Assembly: GCF_006345805.1 (NCBI RefSeq)
Contig: NW_021824321.1
Span: 1 to 20,992, forward strand
Length of the DNA: 20,992 bases
Origin: Octopus sinensis
Lineage: Eukaryota
Direction of reading: 5' to 3'
Below the pieces are notes generated by a model that saw nothing but the letters and a program-made list of their open reading frames with translations, was not told where the DNA came from and made no database searches. Positions 1 to 9,461 of this stretch are shown here, in pieces. A program made the position numbers and the translations under genes. How positions within the stretch are numbered: position 1 is the stretch's first letter; the number at the start of each line of letters is the position of its first letter.

Positions 1-68
1 GATTCAGTTTCGTCTTCTCCACCATATAAACTATAATACTATATCTTAGCATAGCGAGGACTCTGTGG

Positions 69-115
<47 letters not shown>

Positions 116-132
116 ACTACTACTACTACTAC

Positions 133-166
<34 letters not shown>
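69..166. repeat. Compound microsatellite (ACT)n followed by (AAT)n
   Basis: Read directly; it explains the poly-Y/T/N ORF 65..250. Confidence 0.97.
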
Positions 167-170
<4 letters not shown>

Positions 171-661
171 GGTATAAAAGATGGGCTACAGCAAATATTC
201 TGCTCAATACCACAGATTTGCTTGTCAATTATTTGACCTTAACCAGTTGAGCATGTCTCTTAGTGGCTGACGATATATGTATCTCTGATCACGAGCAGAA
301 GTAGTGGGGGAGCATCATAGCCATGTGTTGAGAAGGATTCTTTGGGGTTTGAATAATTCACCTCTGGAAACATGGGTGTTTCGTTCAACGTCCTTATACA
401 ACCCTTATTCAGGGACCTTTTGAGCGGGATGGGTTACTCGATCTGAAAAAAATTCTAACTGGGCCCCACCTGCAAGGTCATGTGCTGTTTATTTTGATAT
501 GAGATCACCATGTCGCGCACATATGGTTGTGATGCATGTGCCTGGTGTACCCTTATCAGACGGGTAGTCATGATGAGTATACTGGGCTTCGTATATTTTA
601 CCCCAGTGTCACTTTGATGGCATGCTCTGCTCGCTCACTCAATAATAATAATAATAATAAT
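167..661 (+). mobile_element. Probable non-autonomous retroposon or LINE 3' fragment with (AAT)n tail
   Basis: A ~475-bp complex island sits between two (AAT)n tracts, each followed by ACT (134-169 and 641-664), and has no coding signal. It resembles a high-copy octopus repeat from memory only. Confidence 0.45.
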
Positions 662-769
662 ACTCGTAGTATCACGGACCACGACGGAGACCTCTATGAA
701 GCTTCCTCCCAGTTAGAAAATGCAGCCAAATCTTCAATATTCCCCCGTCACCATCAGTTTATACATCTT

Positions 770-1335
770 TATTTTTCTGCCTATATATTATTAACTGACT
801 CTGTTAATGAAATCTTTACTGTTTATACATTCTACATTGCCTATACATTTTTTATTCTAAATTCCTTATAATTTACAGATTCTTTAGCGTCTACTATATT
901 TACGACCAATATGTTTTTATTGCTTATATTTTTATTGCCTCTCCATTCTTTACTGCCTATATCGTACTAAATTCCTATACATTTTTCTTATTGTCTATAC
1001 ACGCTTTATTACTTATAGATTCTCTGTCGCCTATACATTCTGTGTAACTTATACATTTTTTCACTGTTTATACAATACTTAATTCCTATACATTTTTCTT
1101 ATTGTCTGTTCACTCTTTATTACTTATAAACTCTGTATCACTTATACATTCTATGTAACCTATAGATTCTTTATTGTCTATACTATACCTAATTCCTATA
1201 CATTTATCTTATTGCCTATATGCATTTTATTACTAATAAATTCTTCATCACCTATACATTTTATGTAGCCTATATATTCTGAGTAGCCTATACAATACTT
1301 AGCGCCTATACGCTTTTTTCTTGCGCATATATTCT
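770..1335. repeat. Degenerate ~18-19 bp minisatellite (GCCTATACATTCTTTATT-like) with a ~110-bp higher-order unit
   Basis: The core CTATACATT recurs throughout. AATTCCTATACATTT(T/A)TCTTATTG starts at 970, 1081 and 1191. Confidence 0.8.
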
Positions 1336-1725
1336 TTAATATCACTTTCTTACCTTTTGTTTTTGTTTTGTTTTTTTCTCAGGTTTTTGTCATCAAGTTG
1401 CAAGTTCGCCGCACAAATTTTCGAGTTTTATGGAACCGAATTGGTACTTCGACTGTTATTGGTAGATTCAATGCAATAAAATACCGCCCGAAAAAAAATA
1501 TTTGAAACATCTGAAGAAAAAGACCCAGGATGTTCTTATGGCCGACATTGAAGATCTATTCAGCTAATCCCTAAATAAAGGTCACTTCAGTTAATACCTG
1601 AATAAATCGTAGAATTAATCATCCAGGTGAAAACAATTGAGCGTGTCTTCATTTGGTCTGAGATATATTTGTATGTGTGTTTGTTTGTATGTGTGTCTTT
1701 AATCTTTTTTATCTGCTTCATGTAG

Positions 1726-1892
1726 TTTTTTCTACTCTAGGCGCAAGACACGAAATTTTGGAGGAGAAGGGTCAGTCGATTAGGTCGGCCCCAGTACGCA
1801 ACTGGTACTTAATTCATCGACTCCGAAAGAATGAAAGGCAAAGTCGACCTCAGCGAAATTTGAACTCAGAACTTAAAGAGAGACGAAATACC
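1726..1892 (-). mobile_element. tRNA-derived SINE family A, copy lacking the first part of the head
   Basis: Minus strand has B-box-like GAGTTCAAATTTC and the central TTTCATTCTTTCGGAGTCGATGAATTAAGTACCAG block shared with the other family A copies. Confidence 0.8.
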
Positions 1893-2119
1893 TATTTCTT
1901 TACTACCCACAAGGGGCTAAACACAGAGGGGACAAACAAGGTCAGACAAACGGATTGAGTCGATTATATCGACCCCAGTGCATAAATGATACATAAATGA
2001 ACCCGAAAGGATGAAAAGCAAAGTCGACCTCGGCAGAATTTGAACTCAGAACGTAGCGGCAGACGAAATACCGCTAAGCATTTCTCACGGCGTGCTAACG
2101 TTTCTGCCAGCTCGCCGCC
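1893..2119 (-). mobile_element. tRNA-derived SINE family A, full-length
   Basis: Minus strand starts GGCGGCGAGCTGGCAGAAACGTTAGC (A box), followed by GAGTTCAAATTCTGCC (B box). It is closely similar to 19453-19690. Confidence 0.88.
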
Positions 2120-2124
2120 TCTAT

Positions 2125-2250
2125 CTGTTTCATTTGTTAGACAGTGGCCATGCTGGGGCACCGCTTTGAAGGGTTTAGTCGACCAAAAGATCAAAAGATC
2201 CCAGCCTGATACTTATTGTCTTGGTCTCCTCTATCGAACCGCTACGTTTT
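2125..2250 (-). mobile_element. Degenerate 3' fragment of SINE family B
   Basis: GGCCATGCTGGGGCACCGCTTT...TTTAGTCGA...GAACCGCTA aligns by eye with 13138-13240. Confidence 0.6.
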
Positions 2251-2299
2251 GAGAAGTATTTAAACCGGTTGACAAGTACTGATGAAGGGGGAAACTTAC

Positions 2300-2438
2300 C
2301 CCACATATATGTGTGTATGTGTGTAAATGTATATGTATACACACACATATATATATATACATTCATATATACATATGTATATACATCTATACACACTTAC
2401 TTATACATATATGTGTGTGTATGTGTGTGCGCGCGTGT

Positions 2439-2477
<39 letters not shown>

Positions 2478-2680
2478 TACATATATATGCGTGTATGTAT
2501 ATATATATCTGAGTGTGTGTTGGTATATATGTGTGTGTGTACATATATGTGTGTGTGTATATATATATGTGTGTGTATATATATATAGTGTGTGTATGTG
2601 TGTATATATATATGTGTTTGCGTATGTGTATATGTGTATGTATGTGTGTATATGTGTGCATCTGTGTGTGTATGTGTGTG
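2300..2680. repeat. Complex (TA)n/(TG)n microsatellite
   Basis: Read directly; source of several spurious Y/I/C/V/H/T ORFs. Confidence 0.95.
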
Positions 2681-2797
2681 CAGTTTTCTACAATCAGACT
2701 CACACAAAGCATTGGTCGTGCTGGGACTAGAGTGAAGACACTTGCCTAAAAGCAATGAACACAAAATGAAAGAGGGCAACACTAGGGGAAAAGTTAG

Positions 2798-2833
2798 TCT
2801 TGATGTTTCGGGCGCTAGCTCTTCATCAGAACA
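2798..2833 (-). ncRNA. Decayed minimal type I hammerhead-ribozyme-like motif (Penelope pLTR type), copy 1
   Basis: Minus strand reads TGTT-CTGATGA-AGAGCTAGCGCCC-GAAAC-ATC-AAGA. The core boxes are intact, with mismatches in the stems. Confidence 0.45.
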
Positions 2834-3113
2834 AAAATGTGAAAGAAAAGTAAAGGAGCATAGGAAACAAATAAGGTAGGAGCAATGGATTAGGGCAAAG
2901 TTGAAATGTAGTTCAATGAGGGAATTAAGAAATTGGAGCTTCGTCCCCTCCAAAAAAAAATAACAGGATAATAGAACTGAATATATATAATATATTCTTA
3001 TATTTCGGAATGGTCATATTGCCAGTTTAGCCAATAAAAACACACGCACTATATATTTGGTGTTATTTTGCTTCAGTGTTATTTATTTTTTACATTAATC
3101 TTAATCTTATTTC

Positions 3114-3158
3114 GGCCAGAGTTCTTTCGTCACACTCCTGTGACCGCATCAGTGGTCC
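3114..3158 (-). ncRNA. Minimal type I hammerhead-ribozyme-like motif with A9-to-C variant, copy 1
   Basis: Minus strand reads GGACCA-CTGATGCG-GTCAC-AGGAGT-GTGAC-GAAAG-AA-CTC-TGGCC. Stem II is 5 bp and stem I is CCA/TGG. Confidence 0.5.
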
Positions 3159-3422
3159 TTTGTTTTCTTCTTTCTTATTTGTGTCTTTCCTTACTAACCG
3201 TCAGCCATTTTGTATTTCTATTGTATGTCTTCATTTGCGCATGCTTATATCTCTATGTGTGTCTATGTTTATTTAGTATGTGTATGTGGGGGGATGCCTG
3301 TAATATTTGTATCTTCTGTTTATATACGTTCATGTAATTTGTATTTTGTTTTTGTTGTTTTTCTTTATTCTTATTTTGTTCATGTGTTTACATCCACTTA
3401 TTATTATCATTACATATGCTTG

Positions 3423-3456
<34 letters not shown>

Positions 3457-3933
3457 TGTATGTATGTATGTATGTATGTATGTATGTATGTATGTTTGTA
3501 TGTATAACAACAATACTAGTAATAATAATAATAAATCGAATCGAAAATATATATATATATATATATTATATATAATATATATATATTATATAAATATACA
3601 TATATATGCGTGTATGTATATATATATCTGAGTGTGTGTTGGTATATATGTGTGTGTGTACATATATGTGTGTGTGTATATATATGTGTGTGTATATATA
3701 TATAGTGTGTGTATGTGTGTATATATATATGTGTTTGCGTATGTGTATATGTGTATGTATGTGTGTATATGTGTGCATCTGTGTGTGTATGTGTGTGCAC
3801 ACGACGGACGTCCATGCAGTTTTCTACAATCAGACTCACACAAAGCATTGGTCGTGCTGGGACTAGAGTGAAGACACTTGCCTAAAAGCAATGAACACAA
3901 AATGAAAGAGGGCAACACTAGGGGAAAAGTTAG

Positions 3934-3969
3934 TCTTGATGTTTCGGGCGCTAGCTCTTCATCAGAACA
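3934..3969 (-). ncRNA. Decayed hammerhead-like motif, copy 2 of 2798-2833
   Basis: Identical sequence inside the tandem duplication. Confidence 0.45.
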
Positions 3970-4251
3970 AAAATGTGAAAGAAAAGTAAAGGAGCATAGG
4001 AAACAAATAAGGTAGGAGCAATGGATTAGGGCAAAGTTGAAATGTAGTTCAATGAGGGAATTAAGAAATTGGAGCTTCGTCCCCTCCAAAAAAAAATAAC
4101 AGGATAAATAGAACTGAATATATATAAATATATTCTTATATTTCGGAATGGTCATATTGCCAGTTTAGCCAATAAAAACACACGCACTATATATTTGGTG
4201 TTATTTTGCTTCAGTGTTATTTATTTTTTACATTAATCTTAATCTTATTTC

Positions 4252-4296
4252 GGCCAGAGTTCTTTCGTCACACTCCTGTGACCGCATCAGTGGTCC
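4252..4296 (-). ncRNA. Hammerhead-like motif with A9-to-C variant, copy 2
   Basis: Same sequence as 3114-3158. Confidence 0.5.
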
Positions 4297-4560
4297 TTTG
4301 TTTTCTTCTTTCTTATTTGTGTCTTTCCTTACTAACCGTCAGCCATTTTGTATTTCTATTGTATGTCTTCATTTGCGCATGCTTATATCTCTATGTGTGT
4401 CTATGTTTATTTAGTATGTGTATGTGGGGGGATGCCTGTAATATTTGTATCTTCTGTTTATATACGTTCATGTAATTTGTATTTTGTTTTTGTTGTTTTT
4501 CTTTATTCTTATTTTGTTCATGTGTTTACATCCACTTATTATTATCATTACATATGCTTG

Positions 4561-4594
<34 letters not shown>

Positions 4595-4681
4595 TGTATG
4601 TATGTATGTATGTATGTATGTATGTATGTATGTTTGTATGTATAACAACAATACTAGTAATAATAATAATAAATCGAATCG

Positions 4682-4723
<42 letters not shown>

Positions 4724-4781
4724 TTTATTTCTATTTGTTTATTTATCTGTGTATTTATTATGTTTTCAGGATCCTCTATCG

Positions 4782-5066
4782 TCATATGTTGTGGTGTGTG
4801 TTAGTGCTCCATTCTAGTTTTCTATTCAGGCTAGGTTTATTTTCTAATATGTGTGTAACTTCTGTAATTTGTCTAATTGTTGCATCTGATCTATGTGTGG
4901 ACAATATTTTAATTTCTATGTTATTGATTGATCCCCCATGTTCCTGTTCGGCGCGTTGGTACAGAATCGATGAGCTTTTACCTTTCTTGAGTTGTCTCCA
5001 ATTTTCATTTACCCGCTCTCCTATGCTTCTTGCCGTTTCCCCTACGTATGTCGTTGTCTTGTTACT
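4782..5066 (-). pseudogene. Penelope GIY-YIG endonuclease C-terminal remnant (not in the ORF track)
   Basis: Manual translation: SNKTTTYVGETARSIGERVNENWRQLKKGKSSSILYQRAEQEHGGSINNIEIKILSTHRSDATIRQITEVTHILENKPSLNRKLEWSTNTHHNI*. It contains YVG (YIG box), the conserved R, the catalytic E in RQITE, and PSLN. Confidence 0.85.
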
Positions 5067-5553
5067 CCATAATAGAAAATAAACCTAGCCTGAATAGAAA
5101 ACTAGAATGGAGCACTGGCACACACCACAACATATGACGATAGAGGATCCCGAAAACATAATAAATACACAGATAAATAAACAAATAGAAATAAATAACT
5201 ATATATATATATATGTATATGTATATATTTTTTTTTCGATTCGATTTATTATTATTATTACTAGTGTTGTTGTTATACATACATACATACAAGCATATGT
5301 AATGATGATAATAAGTGGATGTAAACACATGAACAAAATAAGAATAAAGAAAAACAACAAAAACAAAATACAAATTACATGAACGTATATAAACAGAAGA
5401 TACAAATATTACAGGCATCCCCCCACATACACACACTAAATAAACATAGACGCACATAGAGATATAAGCATGCGCAAATGAAGACATACAATAGAAATAC
5501 AAAATGGCTGACGGTTAGTAAGGAGAGACACAAATAAGAAAGAAGAAAACAAA

Positions 5554-5598
5554 GGACCACTGATGCTGTCACAGGAGTGTGACGAAAGAACTCTGGCC
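5554..5598 (+). ncRNA. Hammerhead-like motif in the inverted pLTR arm, copy 3
   Basis: GGACCA-CTGATGCT-GTCAC-AGGAGT-GTGAC-GAAAG-AA-CTC-TGGCC. Confidence 0.5.
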
Positions 5599-5799
5599 GA
5601 AATAAGATTAAAATTAATGTAAAAAATAAATAACACTGAAGCAAAATAACACCAAATATATAGTGCGTGTGTTTTTATTGGCTAAACTGGCAATATGACC
5701 ATTCCGAAATATAACAATATCTGTTTTAACACACGACTTCACATAAAAAATATTGCACAACAAATATTTAAACGTACTATATAAATATATATATATATA

Positions 5800-6315
5800 C
5801 AAGAGAATGGAGATATAGCATTAAATAAAAATTCATTATCTGCTAAAATCCAACGTACTTCCTTACAGCTGTTTCGGTTAAGCCTAAAAATATTAAATAG
5901 CAATTATTAAAATCATTATATTAGGCAAAATCAATTCAGAGGGATAGAAAAAAAGATATATCTTTAGGCTTGTATGTTGCATATTAGAATCATCACAGCA
6001 GACTGAAAATTATTTTACGGCTAATATTGGTATATGCATGGGTTAGGAGGTTACGGGTTGTTTTAGTAGGTAGTGTATAATATGTGAAAATAATTAGGGT
6101 AATAACGGGTTTATAAATAGAGAGTGAATAGTAAATTACAATGAGGAAGAGTGTCTTATGAATGAGGAAATAAAATGAATTGAGAGAAACTTATGTAAAA
6201 ATAATATATAAACATATATTAATAACTGTCGAAAACATTCATCTTTTAATTGGTGCATATATGAAGGGACTTATATATAATTGAGCTGTGATTATGCATA
6301 TCAGATAAATAAGTA
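5800..6315 (-). mobile_element. Possible remnant of another Penelope-like terminal repeat
   Basis: It lies between (TA)n tracts and contains minus-strand CGAAACAGCTGTAAGG (hammerhead 3' half with a palindromic stem III) at 5861-5876. Confidence 0.35.
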
Positions 6316-6387
6316 TATATATATATAATATATATATATATTATATATATATATATATTATATATATATATATATAATATATATATA

Positions 6388-6819
6388 TCTTTATATATAA
6401 AAGAGAGGTTGTGTGCTGTCTGTCTCTACGATTTAGATTCCTAACTACTCCCACATTTTGCGGTGCAGTTTAACCAAAACCGGGTATCTTATAGTCGTTA
6501 TTCATATCGAGCCCTTATATAACCAAAACCGGGTATCTTATAGTCGTCATTCATATCGAGCCCTTCTGGGTATTAGCGCGCGTCTACGATGAGTCTACGA
6601 TTTAAAAAAAAATTTACCATCAATTTTTCCCATTTTTTAATGCATTTTTGGCATATATAAGGGAAGTAACTCTCTAAAAATTTATTATTAAATTTCAGAA
6701 CGTAAAAGGCTACAGTAACACCCCCTTTGTGGTTAGCCATATTGAGATGGCTATTATACTTTACATCTCTAAAAATGCTTATATAGTTATTTCCCTTACA
6801 AACCCGAGCGATATGCTAG
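6388..6819 (+). mobile_element. Non-autonomous Helitron-like element inserted in (TA)n
   Basis: Termini are A|TC...CTAG|T, both flanks are (TA)n, there is no TSD or TIR, and a CCCGAGCG remnant lies just upstream of CTAG. Confidence 0.65.
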
Positions 6820-6855
<36 letters not shown>

Positions 6856-6931
6856 ATATATATAGATATATATATATATATAATATTAATTAGAGACAAA
6901 ACCACTATTATGCAAATCAAACAGAAATAGA

Positions 6932-7079
6932 ATAGCCTCGGGCCGACCAAAGCCTTGTGAGTGGATTTAGTAGACGGAAACTATATATATATATATAGAT
7001 ATATATATATATACGACGGGCTTCTTTCAGTTTCCGTCTACTAAATCCACTCACAAGGCTTTGGTCGGCCCGAGGCTAT
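6932..7079. repeat. Perfect 51-bp inverted repeat (6932-6982 / 7029-7079) of SINE family B sequence
   Basis: Checked base by base; the spacer is 46 nt of (TA)n plus SINE sequence. Confidence 0.9.
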
Positions 7080-7177
7080 AGTAGAAGACATTTGTCCAAG
7101 GTGCCACGCAGTGGGACTGAACCCGGAACCATGGGATTGGTAAACAAGCTACTTACCACACAGCCACTCCTGCGCCC
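7012..7177 (-). mobile_element. tRNA-derived SINE family B, 5' half ending in (TA)n
   Basis: Minus strand reads GGGCGCAGGAGTGGCTGTGTGGTAAG (A box) ... GGTTCAGTCCC (B box). It is near-identical to 13320-13484. Confidence 0.9.
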
Positions 7178-7259
7178 ATATTCATAGTATTTAATGTAAT
7201 ATTATAATATAAATAAATTATTGAATGTCAATAGAATAACTCTCTAGTTAATTTATCTT

Positions 7260-7509
7260 AATTACATATATATATATATAAATAGATACACACACACACA
7301 CAACCATATATATATACACATACATACATATATACATACAAGTATAAATATATATACAACCATACACATTTATACACTAACAACAAATAGACATTCACAT
7401 ACACACACATACATGGAGATACGTGTATATGCACCAATACACCCAAAGGAATACATATAAAGACCCACACATATATATGTACATACATATACACATATGT
7501 ATATATTTA

Positions 7510-7581
<72 letters not shown>

Positions 7582-7720
7582 AACACATACATAATGCACA
7601 TATTGTCAACATACAGCGTGTAACGCTTATATACATGCGTATATATGTAAATATGTATATACAGATAAGCGAATAAGTACATAGATATGAATAATATATA
7701 CATACACACTCCAAAGTATT
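7260..7720. repeat. Complex (TA)/(CA) low-complexity region
   Basis: Read directly. Confidence 0.85.
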
Positions 7721-8368
7721 ATACACTCACTCTCTTAATGAGGCTAATTTAACGTCTTATTGAATGTAATATATATATATATATACACACACATTGATAA
7801 TAAGGAGAATGAAGAATTTGCATTTTTATATGCAGCGATTTATGCATTATTATTACTAACAATGTCATACTTATATACCCCGAAGAAATCGTACCAATAG
7901 GACATAAATTGGAGATATATAGCTTTTTGAAAGTGATGAGGTGATGGGTAAAATTCTTAAAGACTACTCTATTTTGTCTATGGATTACTAAGAATAACAA
8001 TTTGAAAAATTTTGAGAGTCAAAACTATTGAAAAGGTTGCAAGACGCAACGAAAATTTTAGGACAATAAAAATAAGAATAAAGTGGAAATTTTACCGGTA
8101 AGTGTGTTACATAATAAGGCACTAAAAGAAAATTACTCTCCCCAGACACAACAGAATATGCTTCAACACACGAACTCATATAAAGAATCTTGCTAACCAA
8201 ATCCAAAAACGAAATTTGAAAAAACTAAAAAATTAATTTGGTGTGGGTATATGAAAAGTCTTGAGCCTCGAAAAATAGAACATGATACAAGACTTCTGAT
8301 GAGGTATAAGACTTCAAGGCTCAAAGGCCTTGAAGCCTCAAAACTTTTCACACACCGCTCATATATAC

Positions 8369-8370
<2 letters not shown>

Positions 8371-8446
<76 letters not shown>
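8371..8446. repeat. (AG)n microsatellite
   Basis: Read directly. Confidence 0.98.
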
Positions 8447-8450
<4 letters not shown>

Positions 8451-8789
8451 TCTCTTCAATCTCTATTCATACAAGCAGCTGGGAAAATAGTTCGTTTGAA
8501 AAGAAAAAAAATACAAAATTCTTTACCGCACCCGAGGGAACAAAAGCACATGTTTACCGAATGAATTAAAACCTAACAAAGGTGTTTTTATACACCACTA
8601 AAGTACAGAATAGTGAGGTGAAGTGTGTAGGAGAGAGAGAGAGAGAGAGAGAGAGAATTAAGAAGCTTTGTAGTTTAGATTTAAAGGTCGTATGTGTCTT
8701 TATATGATTCGCGATCCCTACTCAAGCTTTTAAGTCACGCCAATAAATGTGGTGGTCATTCGATGTTTTACTTTGTATATATTTGTATA

Positions 8790-9007
8790 TATGTATATTT
8801 CATCTCTCTCTCTCTTTCTCTCTCCTTTTCTTTCACTCTCTCTCTCTCTTTCTTTTTCTCTCCCTCTCCTTCTCTCTCTCTTTCCTCTCCTTTTCACTCC
8901 ATTTGTATCTATTTCTGTTTTTCCAATCTCTCCCTCTCTCTCACTCTCTCGATGTTTCACCCTCCCGTTTATTCTATCTCCCTTTCTCCCTTGATGTTTC
9001 ACCCTCT

Positions 9008-9070
<63 letters not shown>

Positions 9071-9245
9071 CTATCTCTATATCTTTCTCTCTCTTGATGT
9101 TTCTCCTTCTCGTTTTACTTTCTCTCTCTCTCCTTCTATCTCTTTTTCTCTCCACTTTCTCTCTCTCCCTCCCTATCTGTCTGTCTGTCTGTCTCTCTGT
9201 CATTCTTTCTTCCTCTCTCTTTCTCTCTCCACCTTCGCTCTCTCA
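8790..9245. repeat. Degenerate (TC)n polypyrimidine block
   Basis: Read directly. Confidence 0.93.
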
Positions 9246-9461
9246 TAATGATTTCAAATTGTGACACATAGCCAACAATTTCGGGGCAGGAAGTAAGTCG
9301 ATTACATCGACCCCAGTGTTCAACTGGTACTTATTTCCTCGACTCTGAACGGATAAAAAGCAAATTCGACCTCGGGGAAAATTGAACTCAAAATGCAAAG
9401 ACGGACGTGATGCCGCTAAGCATTTTGTCCGGTATGCAAACGATTCTGCCACCACACTACC
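9245..9461 (-). mobile_element. Diverged SINE family A copy (in duplication unit 1)
   Basis: Minus strand reads GGTGGCAGAATCGTTTGC...GAGTTCAATTTTCC...AAATAAGTACCAG. Confidence 0.8.

Larger units (their letters stand above)
2472..4719. repeat. Direct tandem duplication, unit ~1136-1138 bp (about 2472-3590 and 3591-4719)
   Basis: Identical ORF translations are offset by 1138 (3068..3337 vs 4206..4475; 3307..3507 vs 4445..4645). The boundaries lie in (TA)n tracts. Confidence 0.95.
4130..5720 (-). mobile_element. 5'-truncated Penelope-like retroelement with an inverted pseudo-LTR (arms about 4130-4846 and 5073-5720)
   Basis: The two arms are reverse complements with only scattered substitutions. 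The unique spacer encodes a GIY-YIG endonuclease C-terminus on the minus strand, and hammerhead-like motifs lie in the arms. Confidence 0.88.

Noticed and set aside
2035-2119. tRNA-like A/B boxes (also near 7100-7177, 13410-13484 and 19610-19690)
   Set aside because: These are SINE heads. I could not form an acceptor stem or cloverleaf, and they continue into SINE bodies.
8296-8344. CTGATGAG followed by a 9-bp hairpin (8312-8335) and CAAAAC, resembling a hammerhead
   Set aside because: GAAA is absent, and no stem I or cleavage triplet can be formed.
7920-8350. Protein-like frame with many stops (possible fossil transposon ORF)
   Set aside because: No recognisable motif, and AT-rich purine-biased DNA gives this impression by chance. 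A tBLASTx search would be needed.
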